A stretch of DNA of 64,000 bases, from positions 9,017-73,016 of the forward strand of contig JAUYBG010000005.1 in NCBI GenBank assembly GCA_030693205.1. The letters run 5' to 3'. The first letter of the stretch is position 1. Each line of letters begins with the position of its first letter. Both the position numbers and the translations under genes were made by a program. The notes under the pieces are model-generated. The model was not told the DNA's origin. It made no database searches and was given only the letters and a program-made list of their open reading frames with translations. Shown piece after piece: positions 8,141-17,994 of the stretch. Source of the DNA: a bacterium. GTDB lineage: Bacteria; Patescibacteriota; Minisyncoccia; JAHIHE01.

Positions 8141-10138
8141 ATGCTTCACTCCATTGCTAAAATTTTTAGTAAAAGATTTATTGCACTTCCCGCTATTTTT
8201 ATTTTCGGTTTTTTATTGTCTTTCCAAGCAGCGGAAGCGAAAAGTTACTCTTATGATTTAATTGATGTAAAAATCAATATAAATCAAGATTCCACTTTTG
8301 ACGCGGAAGAACAGCAGACTTTTAATTATATCGGCGAGTATCATTCGGGCTGGCGGAGCATTTTGCTTAATAAAACCGATGGAATTTCAGATATTGAAGT
8401 TGTCGATGGTCAAACAGGGCAAAAATTGGCGTATAGCAGAAAAAGATTGGATAAATTGGATTCGGCAAGCTGGGGGCGCTTCACTTATTTCAAGGAAAAT
8501 GGCGCTGAAAATATCGAATGGTATTATAATTTGGCGGATACAACCTATAAGTGGATCATTAAATATAAAGTTCATGGCGGTATTGGTTTTTTCCCTGATT
8601 ATGACGAGTTGTATTGGAATGTTTTTACTGATTACGAAATGCCGGTAAAAGAAGCGACAGCGCAAATAATGCTTCCCGAAGAGGTTAATTACAGTAATGT
8701 GATTTTTAAAGCCTATAGAACCGATGTTTATCAGGAATATTTTATCGATAAGTCTCCTTTGCCTGACAAAAAAAGTTTTCTTTTTGAAGCTAAAAATTTT
8801 AAATCCAAAGAAGCGTTCACCGTCCAGCTGGATTGGCCCAAAGGCATAGTGAGCCAGTCCGCTTACTGGCAGGATTTTTTAAGGATTTATTTATTTTATC
8901 TTTTGGCAGGACTTATTACGTTTGCCAATTTGATTTTTATATTTGTTCACTGGTATTGGCGGGAAGTGCGGCCAAAAGGCAGGGGAACGATCATTCCGCA
9001 ATACGCGCCGCCGGAAAATCTGCGTCCGGCAATGGCGGAAATATTGATCAAAGAAAGGGTGACGGATAAAGGCTGGTCGGCGACGGTAATTGATCTCGCG
9101 GTAAGGGGATATGTCAGGATTAAAGAAGATACTGCGGATTGGATGGATACCGCTAGAAATATTTTTCCGATCATTCCTATTATATTAATCTTGCTGATAT
9201 TTATCACTCAGATCGTAAGATTTTCTGCTTATAAAAATTTTTGGTTTGCTGTTAGTTTTGGCGGCATATTCATGTGGCTTATTTTTATGTTCGTTAAACC
9301 TTTATGGGCATTGTTAAAAAACGGCTTAAAAGATTTTTTTGTTCCCAAAAATTATATATTGGAAGAAGTGGAAGACGCTGATAGGTCATCGCTGGAAGAC
9401 TATGAAATTTTATTTTTAAGCGTGATTTTTGGGGAGACAAAAACTTTTTCAACTAAGGCAATGAAACACGCCAGTAATGCAAGAAAAAGAGAATTATTTG
9501 AAGCGATGGAAAAATTGAAAGAAAAATTATACAGCGAAACCACTATTGATACCGGGGCTTTTGAGATCGGGGTTGAAAAAGAAAAAACCGGGTGCGGGAT
9601 TTTAGCCGTTGCTTTTATTGCGGTTATTCTTATTTTTGCCTTTTTCCAAACCATCGTGGCATCATTTGCGATTTTTTTAGGCGCTGTTTTTTTAAACGGG
9701 ATACTTATCTACATTTATCTTAATTACGAGGCCCGGCTTTCTAAAAAAGGATTTATCCTGAAAGAAGACTGGCTGGGATTTAAAATGTATTTGGAAACCG
9801 CGGAGCGGTATCGGATGCAGAATTTGACGCCGGAAACTTTTGAAAAATATTTGCCGTATGCCATAATTTTCGGTATTGAGAAAAAATGGGGCAAAGCTTT
9901 TGAGGCTTCTAATATACAAAATCCTTCCTGGTATATCGGCGTTTATGTCGGGGGTGGAATTCACTCCGGTGGATTTTCCCAAGGCGGCGGATTTTCGCCT
10001 GCCGGTTTTTCCGCGTCTTTCAGTTCCAGTTTTTCCTCGGCATTTTCTTCGGCGGGTGGCGTGGGAAGCGCTGGCGGAGGCGGAGGCGGTGGCGCGGGAA
10101 GCGCTGGCGGGGGCGGTGGCGGGGGAGGAGCGGGGTAG
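8141..10138 (+). CDS. DUF2207 domain membrane protein
   Basis: Signal peptide, YDELYWN, ATVIDLAVRGY, YLPYAIIFG, Ser/Gly-rich tail; usual neighbour of lemA/htpX. Confidence 0.85.
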   Translation: MLHSIAKIFSKRFIALPAIFIFGFLLSFQAAEAKSYSYDLIDVKININQDSTFDAEEQQTFNYIGEYHSGWRSILLNKTDGISDIEVVDGQTGQKLAYSRKRLDKLDSASWGRFTYFKENGAENIEWYYNLADTTYKWIIKYKVHGGIGFFPDYDELYWNVFTDYEMPVKEATAQIMLPEEVNYSNVIFKAYRTDVYQEYFIDKSPLPDKKSFLFEAKNFKSKEAFTVQLDWPKGIVSQSAYWQDFLRIYLFYLLAGLITFANLIFIFVHWYWREVRPKGRGTIIPQYAPPENLRPAMAEILIKERVTDKGWSATVIDLAVRGYVRIKEDTADWMDTARNIFPIIPIILILLIFITQIVRFSAYKNFWFAVSFGGIFMWLIFMFVKPLWALLKNGLKDFFVPKNYILEEVEDADRSSLEDYEILFLSVIFGETKTFSTKAMKHASNARKRELFEAMEKLKEKLYSETTIDTGAFEIGVEKEKTGCGILAVAFIAVILIFAFFQTIVASFAIFLGAVFLNGILIYIYLNYEARLSKKGFILKEDWLGFKMYLETAERYRMQNLTPETFEKYLPYAIIFGIEKKWGKAFEASNIQNPSWYIGVYVGGGIHSGGFSQGGGFSPAGFSASFSSSFSSAFSSAGGVGSAGGGGGGGAGSAGGGGGGGGAG

Positions 10139-10227
10139 GCTGTGCACTTTTTACGAATTGGCGAAAATATGGTATTATATATACATAGGTAAAATATTCT
10201 CTATTTTTTAAATACAAAAATAATTTT

Positions 10228-12747
10228 ATGCAAAATAATCAACTTCTCGCGCCTCCTCATAATCTGATCAATGACCATAAGCATAATGGCAAAGACAAAA
10301 GCAAAGAATTAATTCTTTGGTTTTCCGATGTCGGTATCGGGGATGTCGGGCTGGTCGGCGGGAAAAATGCCAGCCTGGGCGAGATGTATCAGAATCTTGC
10401 CGCAAAAGGGGTAAGCGTTCCGAATGGCTTTGCGACCACAGCTTACGCTTATCGATATTTTTTAGAACAAAGCGGATTGAAAGATAAAATTAAAAAAATA
10501 TTAAAAGGGTTAAATACTCATGACATCAGGAATCTGGCGAAGCGCGGTGCCGCGGTGAGAAAAGCAGTCTTGGCGGTGGAACTTCCTAAAGATTTTAAAA
10601 AAGAAATTCTTGAGGCGTATTATCAACTTGGCGCCAAATACGGCAGCCATAATATCGATGTCGCAGTAAGAAGTTCGGCGACAGCCGAGGATTTGCCGGA
10701 TGCTTCTTTTGCCGGCCAGCAGGAATCTTATTTGAATGTTCACGGTGAGAAAGCGCTTTTTAAAGCAGTGAGAGATTGCGTGTCTTCTTTGTTCACTAAT
10801 CGGGCGATTTCTTACCGTGTGGATAAGGGTTTTGATCATTTTTCCATCGCGCTTTCGGTCGGCGTGCAAAAAATGGTGCGAAGCGATTTGGCCACGAGCG
10901 GAGTGATGTTTTCCTGCGATCCGGATTCCGGATTTGCCGATGTTACCGTAATTAATGCCGCTTATGGATTGGGAGAAAATGTGGTCAAAGGCCGGGTAAA
11001 CCCCGATGAATATTGGATTTTTGAGCCGTTTTTAAAAGAAGGAAAAAATTCGATCATCGAAAAAACGATCGGCAGCAAAGAATGGAGAATGATTTATTCC
11101 GGCAGCGCGAATTCAACTAAAAATACTAAAGTTTCTCAGTCGGATAAGAAAAAATTCGTATTGACTGATAAAGAAATTATTCAGCTGGCTAAATGGTCGG
11201 TAATCATAGAAAATCATTATAAGCGGCCGATGGATATTGAATGGGCTAAGGATGGCAAAACGAATAAATTGTATATTGTCCAGGCGCGGCCTGAAACCGC
11301 TCATCAGAGCAAGCGCGATGTAAATATGCTGGAAGTTTATAAATTAACCGTACCCAAGACCGGACTGCAAGTGGTTTCAGTCGGAGTAAGCGTGGGCGCT
11401 AAGATCGGAGTTGGAAAAGCTAATGTGATAAAAAGCGTAAAGCAGATTAATAATTTCAAGCCCGGACAGGTTTTGGTGACAAAAATGACCGATCCCGACT
11501 GGGAGCCGATCATGAAGATCGCTTCGGCTATCGTGACCGATGCCGGAGGCAGGACTTGCCACGCGGCGATCATTTCCCGGGAACTCGGAATTCCGGCCGT
11601 GGTGGGCACGAAAAACGGCACCGCTACAATAAAAAATAATTCAGACGTTACGGTGGATTGCTCTCAAGGAGAGACCGGTTATATTTATAAAGGAATTATT
11701 CCGATAAAGGTGGAAAAAACCGATCTGGGCGCAATTCCCGCGCTTCCGGTGAAAATTCTTATTAATTTGGGCGAGCCTGATCAGGCGTTCAAATATTCTT
11801 TCTTGCCGCAAAGCGGGATCGGCTTGGCGCGTGAAGAATTTATCATTAATAATTACATTAAGATCCATCCGTTAGCCCTGATCAATTATAAATTTAAAAA
11901 AGGCGGAGTGAAGCTCGACAGGCAAACAATTAATAAAATCGATGAATTAACCGTCGGCTACACCGACAAAGTCCAGTTTTATGTGGATAAATTAGCCGAG
12001 GGAGTGGCGAAGCTGGCGGCCGCTTTTTATCCGAAAGAAATAATTGTCCGTTTTTCTGACTTTAAGACCAACGAATACGCGAATCTTGTCGGCGGCGCAT
12101 ATTTTGAGCCGAAAGAAGAAAATCCGATGATCGGCTGGCGCGGCGCTTCCCGATATTATGATAAAAAATTCAAGGAAGCGTTTAGACTGGAATGCCGGGC
12201 GATCAAAAAAGTTCGCGATACTTTCGGATTCACTAATGTCATTGTAATGATCCCGTTTTGCCGGACCGTCGAGGAAGGAAAAAAAGTTTTGGAAATTATG
12301 GCCGGCGAAGGATTGAAGCAAGGCGACAACGGCTTCAAGGTGTACGTGATGGCGGAAATTCCCGCGAATATTATTTTGGCCGAAGAATTCGCCAAGATTT
12401 TCGACGGATTCTCGATCGGCAGCAATGATCTGACTCAATTGACCCTTGGGCTTGATCGCGATAATGGCACTTTGGCGCATATCGGCAACGAAAAAAACGA
12501 AGCGGTAAAAATATTGATCAGGCAATTGATCAAAGTGGCGCACAAATATAATCGTAAAGTCGGCATTTGCGGCCAGGCGCCAAGCGACTTCCCGGATTTT
12601 GCGGAGTTTTTGGTACAGGAAGGCATAGATAGTATTTCTCTTAATCCGGATACGGTATTGAAGACGACAATAATGTTGGGAAAAATGGCAAAATCGGCTA
12701 AAAAATCTTCAATGTTCGCGGGACTTATCGGGTTGATCGGGTTATAA
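10228..12747 (+). CDS. ppsA: Phosphoenolpyruvate synthase
   Basis: VGGKNASLGEM, RSSATAEDLPDASFAGQQ, GGRTCHAAI (phospho-His), FSIGSNDLTQ, GICGQAPS. Confidence 0.97.
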   Translation: MQNNQLLAPPHNLINDHKHNGKDKSKELILWFSDVGIGDVGLVGGKNASLGEMYQNLAAKGVSVPNGFATTAYAYRYFLEQSGLKDKIKKILKGLNTHDIRNLAKRGAAVRKAVLAVELPKDFKKEILEAYYQLGAKYGSHNIDVAVRSSATAEDLPDASFAGQQESYLNVHGEKALFKAVRDCVSSLFTNRAISYRVDKGFDHFSIALSVGVQKMVRSDLATSGVMFSCDPDSGFADVTVINAAYGLGENVVKGRVNPDEYWIFEPFLKEGKNSIIEKTIGSKEWRMIYSGSANSTKNTKVSQSDKKKFVLTDKEIIQLAKWSVIIENHYKRPMDIEWAKDGKTNKLYIVQARPETAHQSKRDVNMLEVYKLTVPKTGLQVVSVGVSVGAKIGVGKANVIKSVKQINNFKPGQVLVTKMTDPDWEPIMKIASAIVTDAGGRTCHAAIISRELGIPAVVGTKNGTATIKNNSDVTVDCSQGETGYIYKGIIPIKVEKTDLGAIPALPVKILINLGEPDQAFKYSFLPQSGIGLAREEFIINNYIKIHPLALINYKFKKGGVKLDRQTINKIDELTVGYTDKVQFYVDKLAEGVAKLAAAFYPKEIIVRFSDFKTNEYANLVGGAYFEPKEENPMIGWRGASRYYDKKFKEAFRLECRAIKKVRDTFGFTNVIVMIPFCRTVEEGKKVLEIMAGEGLKQGDNGFKVYVMAEIPANIILAEEFAKIFDGFSIGSNDLTQLTLGLDRDNGTLAHIGNEKNEAVKILIRQLIKVAHKYNRKVGICGQAPSDFPDFAEFLVQEGIDSISLNPDTVLKTTIMLGKMAKSAKKSSMFAGLIGLIGL

Positions 12748-12782
12748 CTTCGCGATAAATATAAAATAGTTGAGTTATCATT

Positions 12783-12810
12783 GCGGCGGAGCTACGAGCT
12801 CCGCCGCTTT
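12783..12810 (+). terminator. Strong hairpin/terminator after ppsA
   Basis: GCGGCGGAGCT-ACG-AGCTCCGCCGC-TTT. Confidence 0.7.
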
Positions 12811-12874
12811 AGCGCTATTGAAAAAATAACCATATTGTGGTAAATTTAGTAAGCTAAGTCGTTAATCTATATTT

Positions 12875-13405
12875 ATGAAATGTCCAAAATGTTCAGCAGA
12901 TCTCGGGGAGTTTTCTTCTCAAGATCTAAAACTTGCCAGGTGTTTTACCTGTCATGGCATTTGGTTCGACAAAAATGAATTAAAAAAAGTCATTGATGAG
13001 CGGGATATGGATCTTGCCTGGATGCATTTTAATCTGTGGAGCGATAAAGATAAGTTTAATGCCGTTTCCGGGAAAAAAATATGTCCAAAATGCAAAAAAA
13101 CGATGGCAGTGCTTAAATATGATAAGAGCGAAGTGGAAGTGGATGTTTGCGCGGATTGCGGCGGAATGTGGCTTGATAGTGGAGAGTTCACGAAAATCGT
13201 TGATTTTTTGGAAAAAGCATTATTGAAAAAAGATGTGCCGGGATATATCGCAGAGCTCGCGAAAGAAGGGGAGCGGGTTATCTTGGATCCCGCGCATGGC
13301 GCGGTGGAAGCCAGACATTTTTTAATTCTGACAAAATTGTTGCAATATCGCATTCTGGCCGAGAATACATTCATTGCCAGTATTATTTCCGCGCTTCCGA
13401 AATAG
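12875..13405 (+). CDS. Tandem zf-TFIIB-type zinc-ribbon protein
   Basis: CPKC...CFTCHGIWFD and CPKC...CADCGGMWLD.GE. Confidence 0.85.
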   Translation: MKCPKCSADLGEFSSQDLKLARCFTCHGIWFDKNELKKVIDERDMDLAWMHFNLWSDKDKFNAVSGKKICPKCKKTMAVLKYDKSEVEVDVCADCGGMWLDSGEFTKIVDFLEKALLKKDVPGYIAELAKEGERVILDPAHGAVEARHFLILTKLLQYRILAENTFIASIISALPK

Positions 13406-13442
13406 AAAATAATAAGTATTAGTTTCCGCCAATCGGCGGTTT

Positions 13443-13527
13443 GGAGAGGTCGCATAGTGGCCGAGTGCGTCCGCTTGGAAAGCGGATATACCGAAAGGTA
13501 TCGAGGGTTCGACTCCCTCCCTCTCCG
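13443..13527 (+). tRNA. tRNA-Ser(GGA)
   Basis: GGAGAGG/CCTCTCC acceptor, anticodon loop TTGGAAA, long variable arm, GGTTCGACTCC; CCA not encoded. Confidence 0.95.
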
Positions 13528-13533
13528 CAGGTA

Positions 13534-13562
13534 TTGACATTAATGCTTTAATCGTTTATAAT
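13534..13562 (+). promoter_or_regulatory. Perfect consensus sigma70 promoter for the RRM gene
   Basis: TTGACA-17-TATAAT. Confidence 0.85.
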
Positions 13563-13705
13563 TGTTTTTGTAAGTTTCGAAGGGTTTTCTTTCCTTATAT
13601 AAAACAATTAAGTATAAGTTAAGTTGAGCCGTTTGGCTCCTGAAAGCAAATCCCAGAGAAGTAGTCGACTTGCAAAATTAATTAGTTTATATAAGGAAAA
13701 AACAC

Positions 13706-14044
13706 ATGGCAAAGAAATTATATGTGGGCAGCTTATCATATAGCACCACAGATGACGCTTTGAAAGCGACTTTTTCCGCAGCTGGAACAGTAACATCAGC
13801 CTCAATTATCATCGATAAGATGAGTGGCCGATCAAAAGGTTTTGGTTTCGTGGAAATGAGCTCCGACGAAGAAGCAGTCAAAGCTATTGAAATGTTCAAT
13901 GGCAAAGAAGTTGATGGCAGAACCATTATCGTTAACGAAGCGAGACCGATGACCGAGAGACCACCCCGCGCAGGCGGACGTGGCGGATTCGGCGGCGGTA
14001 ATCGCGGCGGCGGACGAGGTTTTGGCGGAAACGACAGATTCTAA
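13706..14044 (+). CDS. RRM RNA-binding protein with Gly/Arg-rich tail
   Basis: RNP2 LYVGSL, RNP1 KGFGFVEM, RGG tail. Confidence 0.95.
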   Translation: MAKKLYVGSLSYSTTDDALKATFSAAGTVTSASIIIDKMSGRSKGFGFVEMSSDEEAVKAIEMFNGKEVDGRTIIVNEARPMTERPPRAGGRGGFGGGNRGGGRGFGGNDRF

Positions 14045-14060
14045 TTATAAAAATATTTAG

Positions 14061-14099
14061 AAAACAAGAAGACGGCTTTCGGGCCGTTTTTTTGTTTTT
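14061..14099 (+). terminator. Intrinsic terminator
   Basis: ACGGC-TTTCGG-GCCGT followed by T run. Confidence 0.8.
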
Positions 14100-14147
14100 A
14101 GTTGAACAAAAGCGTTTTTTTTGATAAAATTAAAGGATGTTAGCGTT

Positions 14148-14203
14148 AATGACAAATTTTCAATGTCAAATGACAATTCAATATCAAAGCTCAAATATCA
14201 AAA
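14148..14203 (+). repeat. Degenerate 7-mer tandem repeat
   Basis: AATGACA AATTTTC AATGTCA AATGACA ... AATATCA AAGCTCA AATATCA. Confidence 0.65.
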
Positions 14204-14229
14204 GTAATAAATAAATTAAGGAATAATTC

Positions 14230-14928
14230 ATGGATTCTAAAAAAATAATCGCAAAATTAAAATCACAAAGAAATCCAAAAAATATCGCCGGAATGGCGCG
14301 ATTTGGAATTAGCGCGAAAAACACTTTGGGCGTAAGTATGCCGTATTTGAGAAGTTTGGCAAAAGAAATCAGGAAAGAGGCTAAGACAGATAAAAAAGGC
14401 GCGGAAAATCGCCATAAATTAGCGATAATGCTTTGGAAGTCAAAAATTCACGAAGCGCGGATTTTGGCGGCGTTGATCGATGAGCCGGAAATGGTTGGCG
14501 AAAAGCAAATGGAAAATTGGGCGAAGGATTTTGATTCGTGGGACGTGTGTGATCATGTCTGTATGAATCTTTTTGATAAAACAGAGATTGCCTGGCAAAA
14601 AGCGGCTGATTGGAGCAGGCGAAAAGAGGAATTTGTCAAAAGAGCCGGCTTTGCTCTTGTGGCGGCGCTGGCTTTTCACGATAAAAAAGCCGATAATAAA
14701 AAATTCATTGAATTTTTCCCGCATATTAAGCGTGAGGCGGTTGATGGGCGAAATTTTGTCCGCAAAGCCGTAAATTGGGCGCTTCGCCAGACCGGCAAAA
14801 GAAATAAATCTTTATGTGTGGCGGCTTTGAAAACGGCGCGGGAAATTCAATCAAAAAACCCCGAGAATAAAACCGCTAAATGGATCGCTTCCGACGCGAT
14901 CAGAGAATTGGAAAAGAAAAAGTTCTAG
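14230..14928 (+). CDS. DNA alkylation repair protein (AlkD-like HEAT glycosylase)
   Basis: LGVSMP, FDSWDVCD, D.RNFVRKAVNWALRQ.GKRN. Confidence 0.85.
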   Translation: MDSKKIIAKLKSQRNPKNIAGMARFGISAKNTLGVSMPYLRSLAKEIRKEAKTDKKGAENRHKLAIMLWKSKIHEARILAALIDEPEMVGEKQMENWAKDFDSWDVCDHVCMNLFDKTEIAWQKAADWSRRKEEFVKRAGFALVAALAFHDKKADNKKFIEFFPHIKREAVDGRNFVRKAVNWALRQTGKRNKSLCVAALKTAREIQSKNPENKTAKWIASDAIRELEKKKF

Positions 14929-14985
14929 CACCGCTTGTTATTAGGTTCGGCGTCTATAAAAAATTAATAAATTAATTTAAAAATT

Positions 14986-15336
14986 ATGACAATGAAGGTT
15001 GAGTACAATCCAGGTCTTGCTTTGAGAAATATTTCGGAATTTAAGAATGGAAATCGGAGAATCGAGGAATGCATTCCGGAAAATCTTGAAGTGGGTAAGA
15101 CCTATCCTTTTTTGAAAAAAGACCAGAGAAATTTTTGGCTTTACGGAGAAGTTCCTTTGGCTGAAACAAAAGGCAGCGAGATAATTTCGAGTTCGAAAGC
15201 AAGCATTCTGATCCTTGAAGCGACGCATTATATGGAAAATAATGAAATTTATACGAAAGGAATTTATAAGGTTTTGGAAATATGCAACGGGAAGGATAAT
15301 TGCAGGGTTTTTAACAGGATCGGGTTAAAAAAATAG
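14986..15336 (+). CDS. Hypothetical protein
   Basis: Clean ORF in gene-sized gap; VEYNP.LALR and QRNFWL.GEVPL look like conserved motifs. Confidence 0.6.
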   Translation: MTMKVEYNPGLALRNISEFKNGNRRIEECIPENLEVGKTYPFLKKDQRNFWLYGEVPLAETKGSEIISSSKASILILEATHYMENNEIYTKGIYKVLEICNGKDNCRVFNRIGLKK

Positions 15337-15404
15337 TTAATAGCTGAATAGTCTTGCTTACGGCAGGGCTATTTTTTTTGGTTTAAATATGATAAAATAC
15401 ACTT

Positions 15405-16418
15405 ATGGTTAATATGGGCAAAGTTGTAAAAGATATAAAATCCATTAAAATTCAAGGTGCCACTAATATTGCGAAAGCATCGATTGGCGCGCTTTTGGAT
15501 TTCAGCAAAGATTTTAAGATCGGAGCTCTGCCAAAAATATCAAATGGCAAAATTTGCAATTTTTTAAGAGCCACAGAGATTAATGCCAATAAATTGGCCT
15601 GGGCCAGGCCTGACGAGCCGCTGAACCAAAATCTTCTGAATTTAATAATGGCGCAGCTCGCGCGGGATAAAAATAAAAATGTCAAGAAAAAGATTGCTAA
15701 TTTTCAAAAGTCGTGCCTGGAAACGCTCGATTTGATTCAAAAAAATGAGGCACGGATAACCGCTAATGGAATAAGTTTGGTCAAAAAAATCTATAAAAAA
15801 AAGAAGAAACCGGTTTTGGTTTTTACTCACTGCAATTCTTCGTCGGTGTTTAAGATACTGATCGGCGCGCGCAAGGAAAAAATACGGTTTAAGGTCTATA
15901 ATTCTGAAACCCGGCCAAGATTTCAAGGGAGGATCATGGCAAAAAATCTTGTTAAAAAAGGGATTGACGTGACGATGATGACTGACAGTGCGGCGCCGTT
16001 CGTGATCTCCAAAAATGATCCGGACAAGATCAATATTGACTTGGTGATCATCGGAGCGGACGTGGTCGGTATGGACGGTTCAGTACTGAATAAGATCGGC
16101 AGCTATTCTTTATCTCTCGCGGCTAAAAGCGCCGGTGTGCCTTTTTATGTGGCTGCCAGCCTTTTGAAAGCTAGGAAGGATATAGACTCTTACAGGGAAA
16201 TAGAAATTGAAAAAAGAGATCCAACTGAACTTTGGCCATCCTTCGCCAAGGCTACGGATGGCAAGCAAAAAGGAATTAAAGCGATCAATTACGCTTTTGA
16301 TACCGTGCCGCCGGAATACACCAAGAAATTAATTACGGAATTCGGGATTTTAAAGCCGGGGAAGGTCAAAAAAGCGGCGATGAAGAACTATAAGGAGATT
16401 TTTAAAAATAAACATTAA
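15405..16418 (+). CDS. Ribose-1,5-bisphosphate isomerase (eIF2B-like)
   Basis: IQGATNIA, catalytic Cys in THCNSS, ETRP.FQG, IGAD, NKIGS, FD.VPP; next to RuBisCO fragment and AMP phosphorylase. Confidence 0.85.
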   Translation: MVNMGKVVKDIKSIKIQGATNIAKASIGALLDFSKDFKIGALPKISNGKICNFLRATEINANKLAWARPDEPLNQNLLNLIMAQLARDKNKNVKKKIANFQKSCLETLDLIQKNEARITANGISLVKKIYKKKKKPVLVFTHCNSSSVFKILIGARKEKIRFKVYNSETRPRFQGRIMAKNLVKKGIDVTMMTDSAAPFVISKNDPDKINIDLVIIGADVVGMDGSVLNKIGSYSLSLAAKSAGVPFYVAASLLKARKDIDSYREIEIEKRDPTELWPSFAKATDGKQKGIKAINYAFDTVPPEYTKKLITEFGILKPGKVKKAAMKNYKEIFKNKH

Positions 16419-16436
16419 ATTTCTCAAATAATTTTT

Positions 16437-16856
16437 ATGTCTAAATTATTCTATCTGTGTCTTGGCGCGGAAATCGATAAAACCAAGCATATTATTGCGA
16501 CCTTTAGAATTGAGTCGAGTTTGCCGCTTGAAGAAGCCGCCGGTGAAATTGCGGCGGAATCATCGATTGGCACTTGGACCAAGGTAGGAACTTTAAGCGA
16601 AGAAACTTTTGATCGCTTAGCGGCAAAAGTTTTTGATATTAAAAAGATTATTGGCGATTGTAGCGCTGATATTAGCGAGCTATTCTGGTATTTTTCCAAA
16701 AAAGGAAAGCCGCCGATCAACAGGGGGATCGTGAAAATTGCTTACCCTTTGGATTTATTCGAATTTGGCAATATTCCGCAATTGCTCTCATCGGTAGCGG
16801 GAAATATTTTCGGAATGAAAAAAACAAATTATCAGGCTTAGAGGATGCGTGTTTCG
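16437..16856 (+). pseudogene. rbcL: Truncated form III-like RuBisCO (N-terminal domain only)
   Basis: AAESSIGTWT, KIAYP.DLFE.GNIPQLLSS.AGNIFGMK; TAG at 16839-41; LEDACF continues in the -1 frame; no catalytic barrel follows. Confidence 0.85.
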
Positions 16857-16867
16857 TAAATTTTATT

Positions 16868-17047
16868 ATGTCCACCGAACAACAAAAAATAAGATTGGCG
16901 AAAATCGCTTTTGAAAGATTTTTACAAAAAATCATTCTTTTGCTTGGTGAAGAAAAACAATTATTTGAACGGATTATGGGGAAAATCGAGCAAAGAAAAA
17001 TAAATGAATGCCGGGGAAAAATTTGCGAGATCTACAAAAATAAATAA
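16868..17047 (+). CDS. Small helical hypothetical protein (59 aa)
   Basis: Read by hand: MSTEQQKIRLAKIAFERFLQKIILLLGEEKQLFERIMGKIEQRKINECRGKICEIYKNK. Confidence 0.5.
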   Translation: MSTEQQKIRLAKIAFERFLQKIILLLGEEKQLFERIMGKIEQRKINECRGKICEIYKNK

Positions 17048-17064
17048 TTGATAATTTTAAAAAT

Positions 17065-17952
17065 ATGAGCGATGAAAAAGAAATAAAAAAACCAATAGAT
17101 CCGGAAAAAGAAAAAGCTGGCGAGATTAGAGGTGAAGCGCCGGAAAAAGAGCCAAAAACCTTAGAAGAGGAAATTAAGAGAGACGCGGTTGAAATAGAAA
17201 ACGCGAAAGCGGCTATTACAGAACAACAAGAAAAAGATGAGAAAACTTTGGCGATCAACGATGCGGACGAGTCAAATAAGGAAGAATTTAATAATGGGAA
17301 AAAAGTGATCGGTGAAAAAGTAAAAGCGGCGGAAGGCGAGTATGGGGAAGAAGTTAACAAAATACGGGGCGATGTTGCTAATAAAATAATTTATAATGAT
17401 AATAATATGGAAAATAAAGAAGGAGCAAGCCAAAATTTATCAAAAGAAGAAATAGGGGTAAAAGTGACAAAAATCAATGAACAATTAGATAGTGCGAGAT
17501 TAAGCCCTAGACAAATCACTGAATTAAAAAAAGAGAGAGAAGTATTGTTAAATATGCTTCCAGAGTATCAGGGAGATTGGGGAAAAGGACCGGGAGCGGA
17601 GAATGAGATTACCGATCTTGATGATAATAAAACAATAAAATCGACAGATAGAGAAAGTAAAACTAAAGAAGAACCGAAGGAATTTAAACAAACAACCTTG
17701 GATAAGATTGAGAAATTAATGAGAGACCCTAGCTCTGAACTTTTTATAATCAATAAAGCTGTAAATTTTGAAGAGGAAAAGATACCAAAGCTTGAATTTG
17801 AGCTTGCTGACACGGAGTCGTCGAAAAATAACATACAAAAGGAAGAAAGAATTAAATTCACAAAAGCTAACATTAGAGAACATAAAAAAATATTGGAAAA
17901 TTTAAAAATCAAGGTTAAAGAAATATTAAATAAGCTTGAAACGGAGGATTAA
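17065..17952 (+). CDS. Glu/Lys-rich coiled-coil hypothetical protein
   Basis: 295-aa low-complexity ORF. Confidence 0.7.
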   Translation: MSDEKEIKKPIDPEKEKAGEIRGEAPEKEPKTLEEEIKRDAVEIENAKAAITEQQEKDEKTLAINDADESNKEEFNNGKKVIGEKVKAAEGEYGEEVNKIRGDVANKIIYNDNNMENKEGASQNLSKEEIGVKVTKINEQLDSARLSPRQITELKKEREVLLNMLPEYQGDWGKGPGAENEITDLDDNKTIKSTDRESKTKEEPKEFKQTTLDKIEKLMRDPSSELFIINKAVNFEEEKIPKLEFELADTESSKNNIQKEERIKFTKANIREHKKILENLKIKVKEILNKLETED

Positions 17953-17994
17953 GCCGAATATTTATTAATAAAATAAAAATTAGAAATTTTAACT

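Noticed and set aside
9960-10138. GC-rich Gly/Ser repeat
   Set aside because: Normal DUF2207 C-terminal tail.
16839-16859. TAG read-through or programmed frameshift rescuing RuBisCO
   Set aside because: An in-frame TAA follows five codons later; the -1 frame has no barrel motifs; no canonical slippery heptamer.
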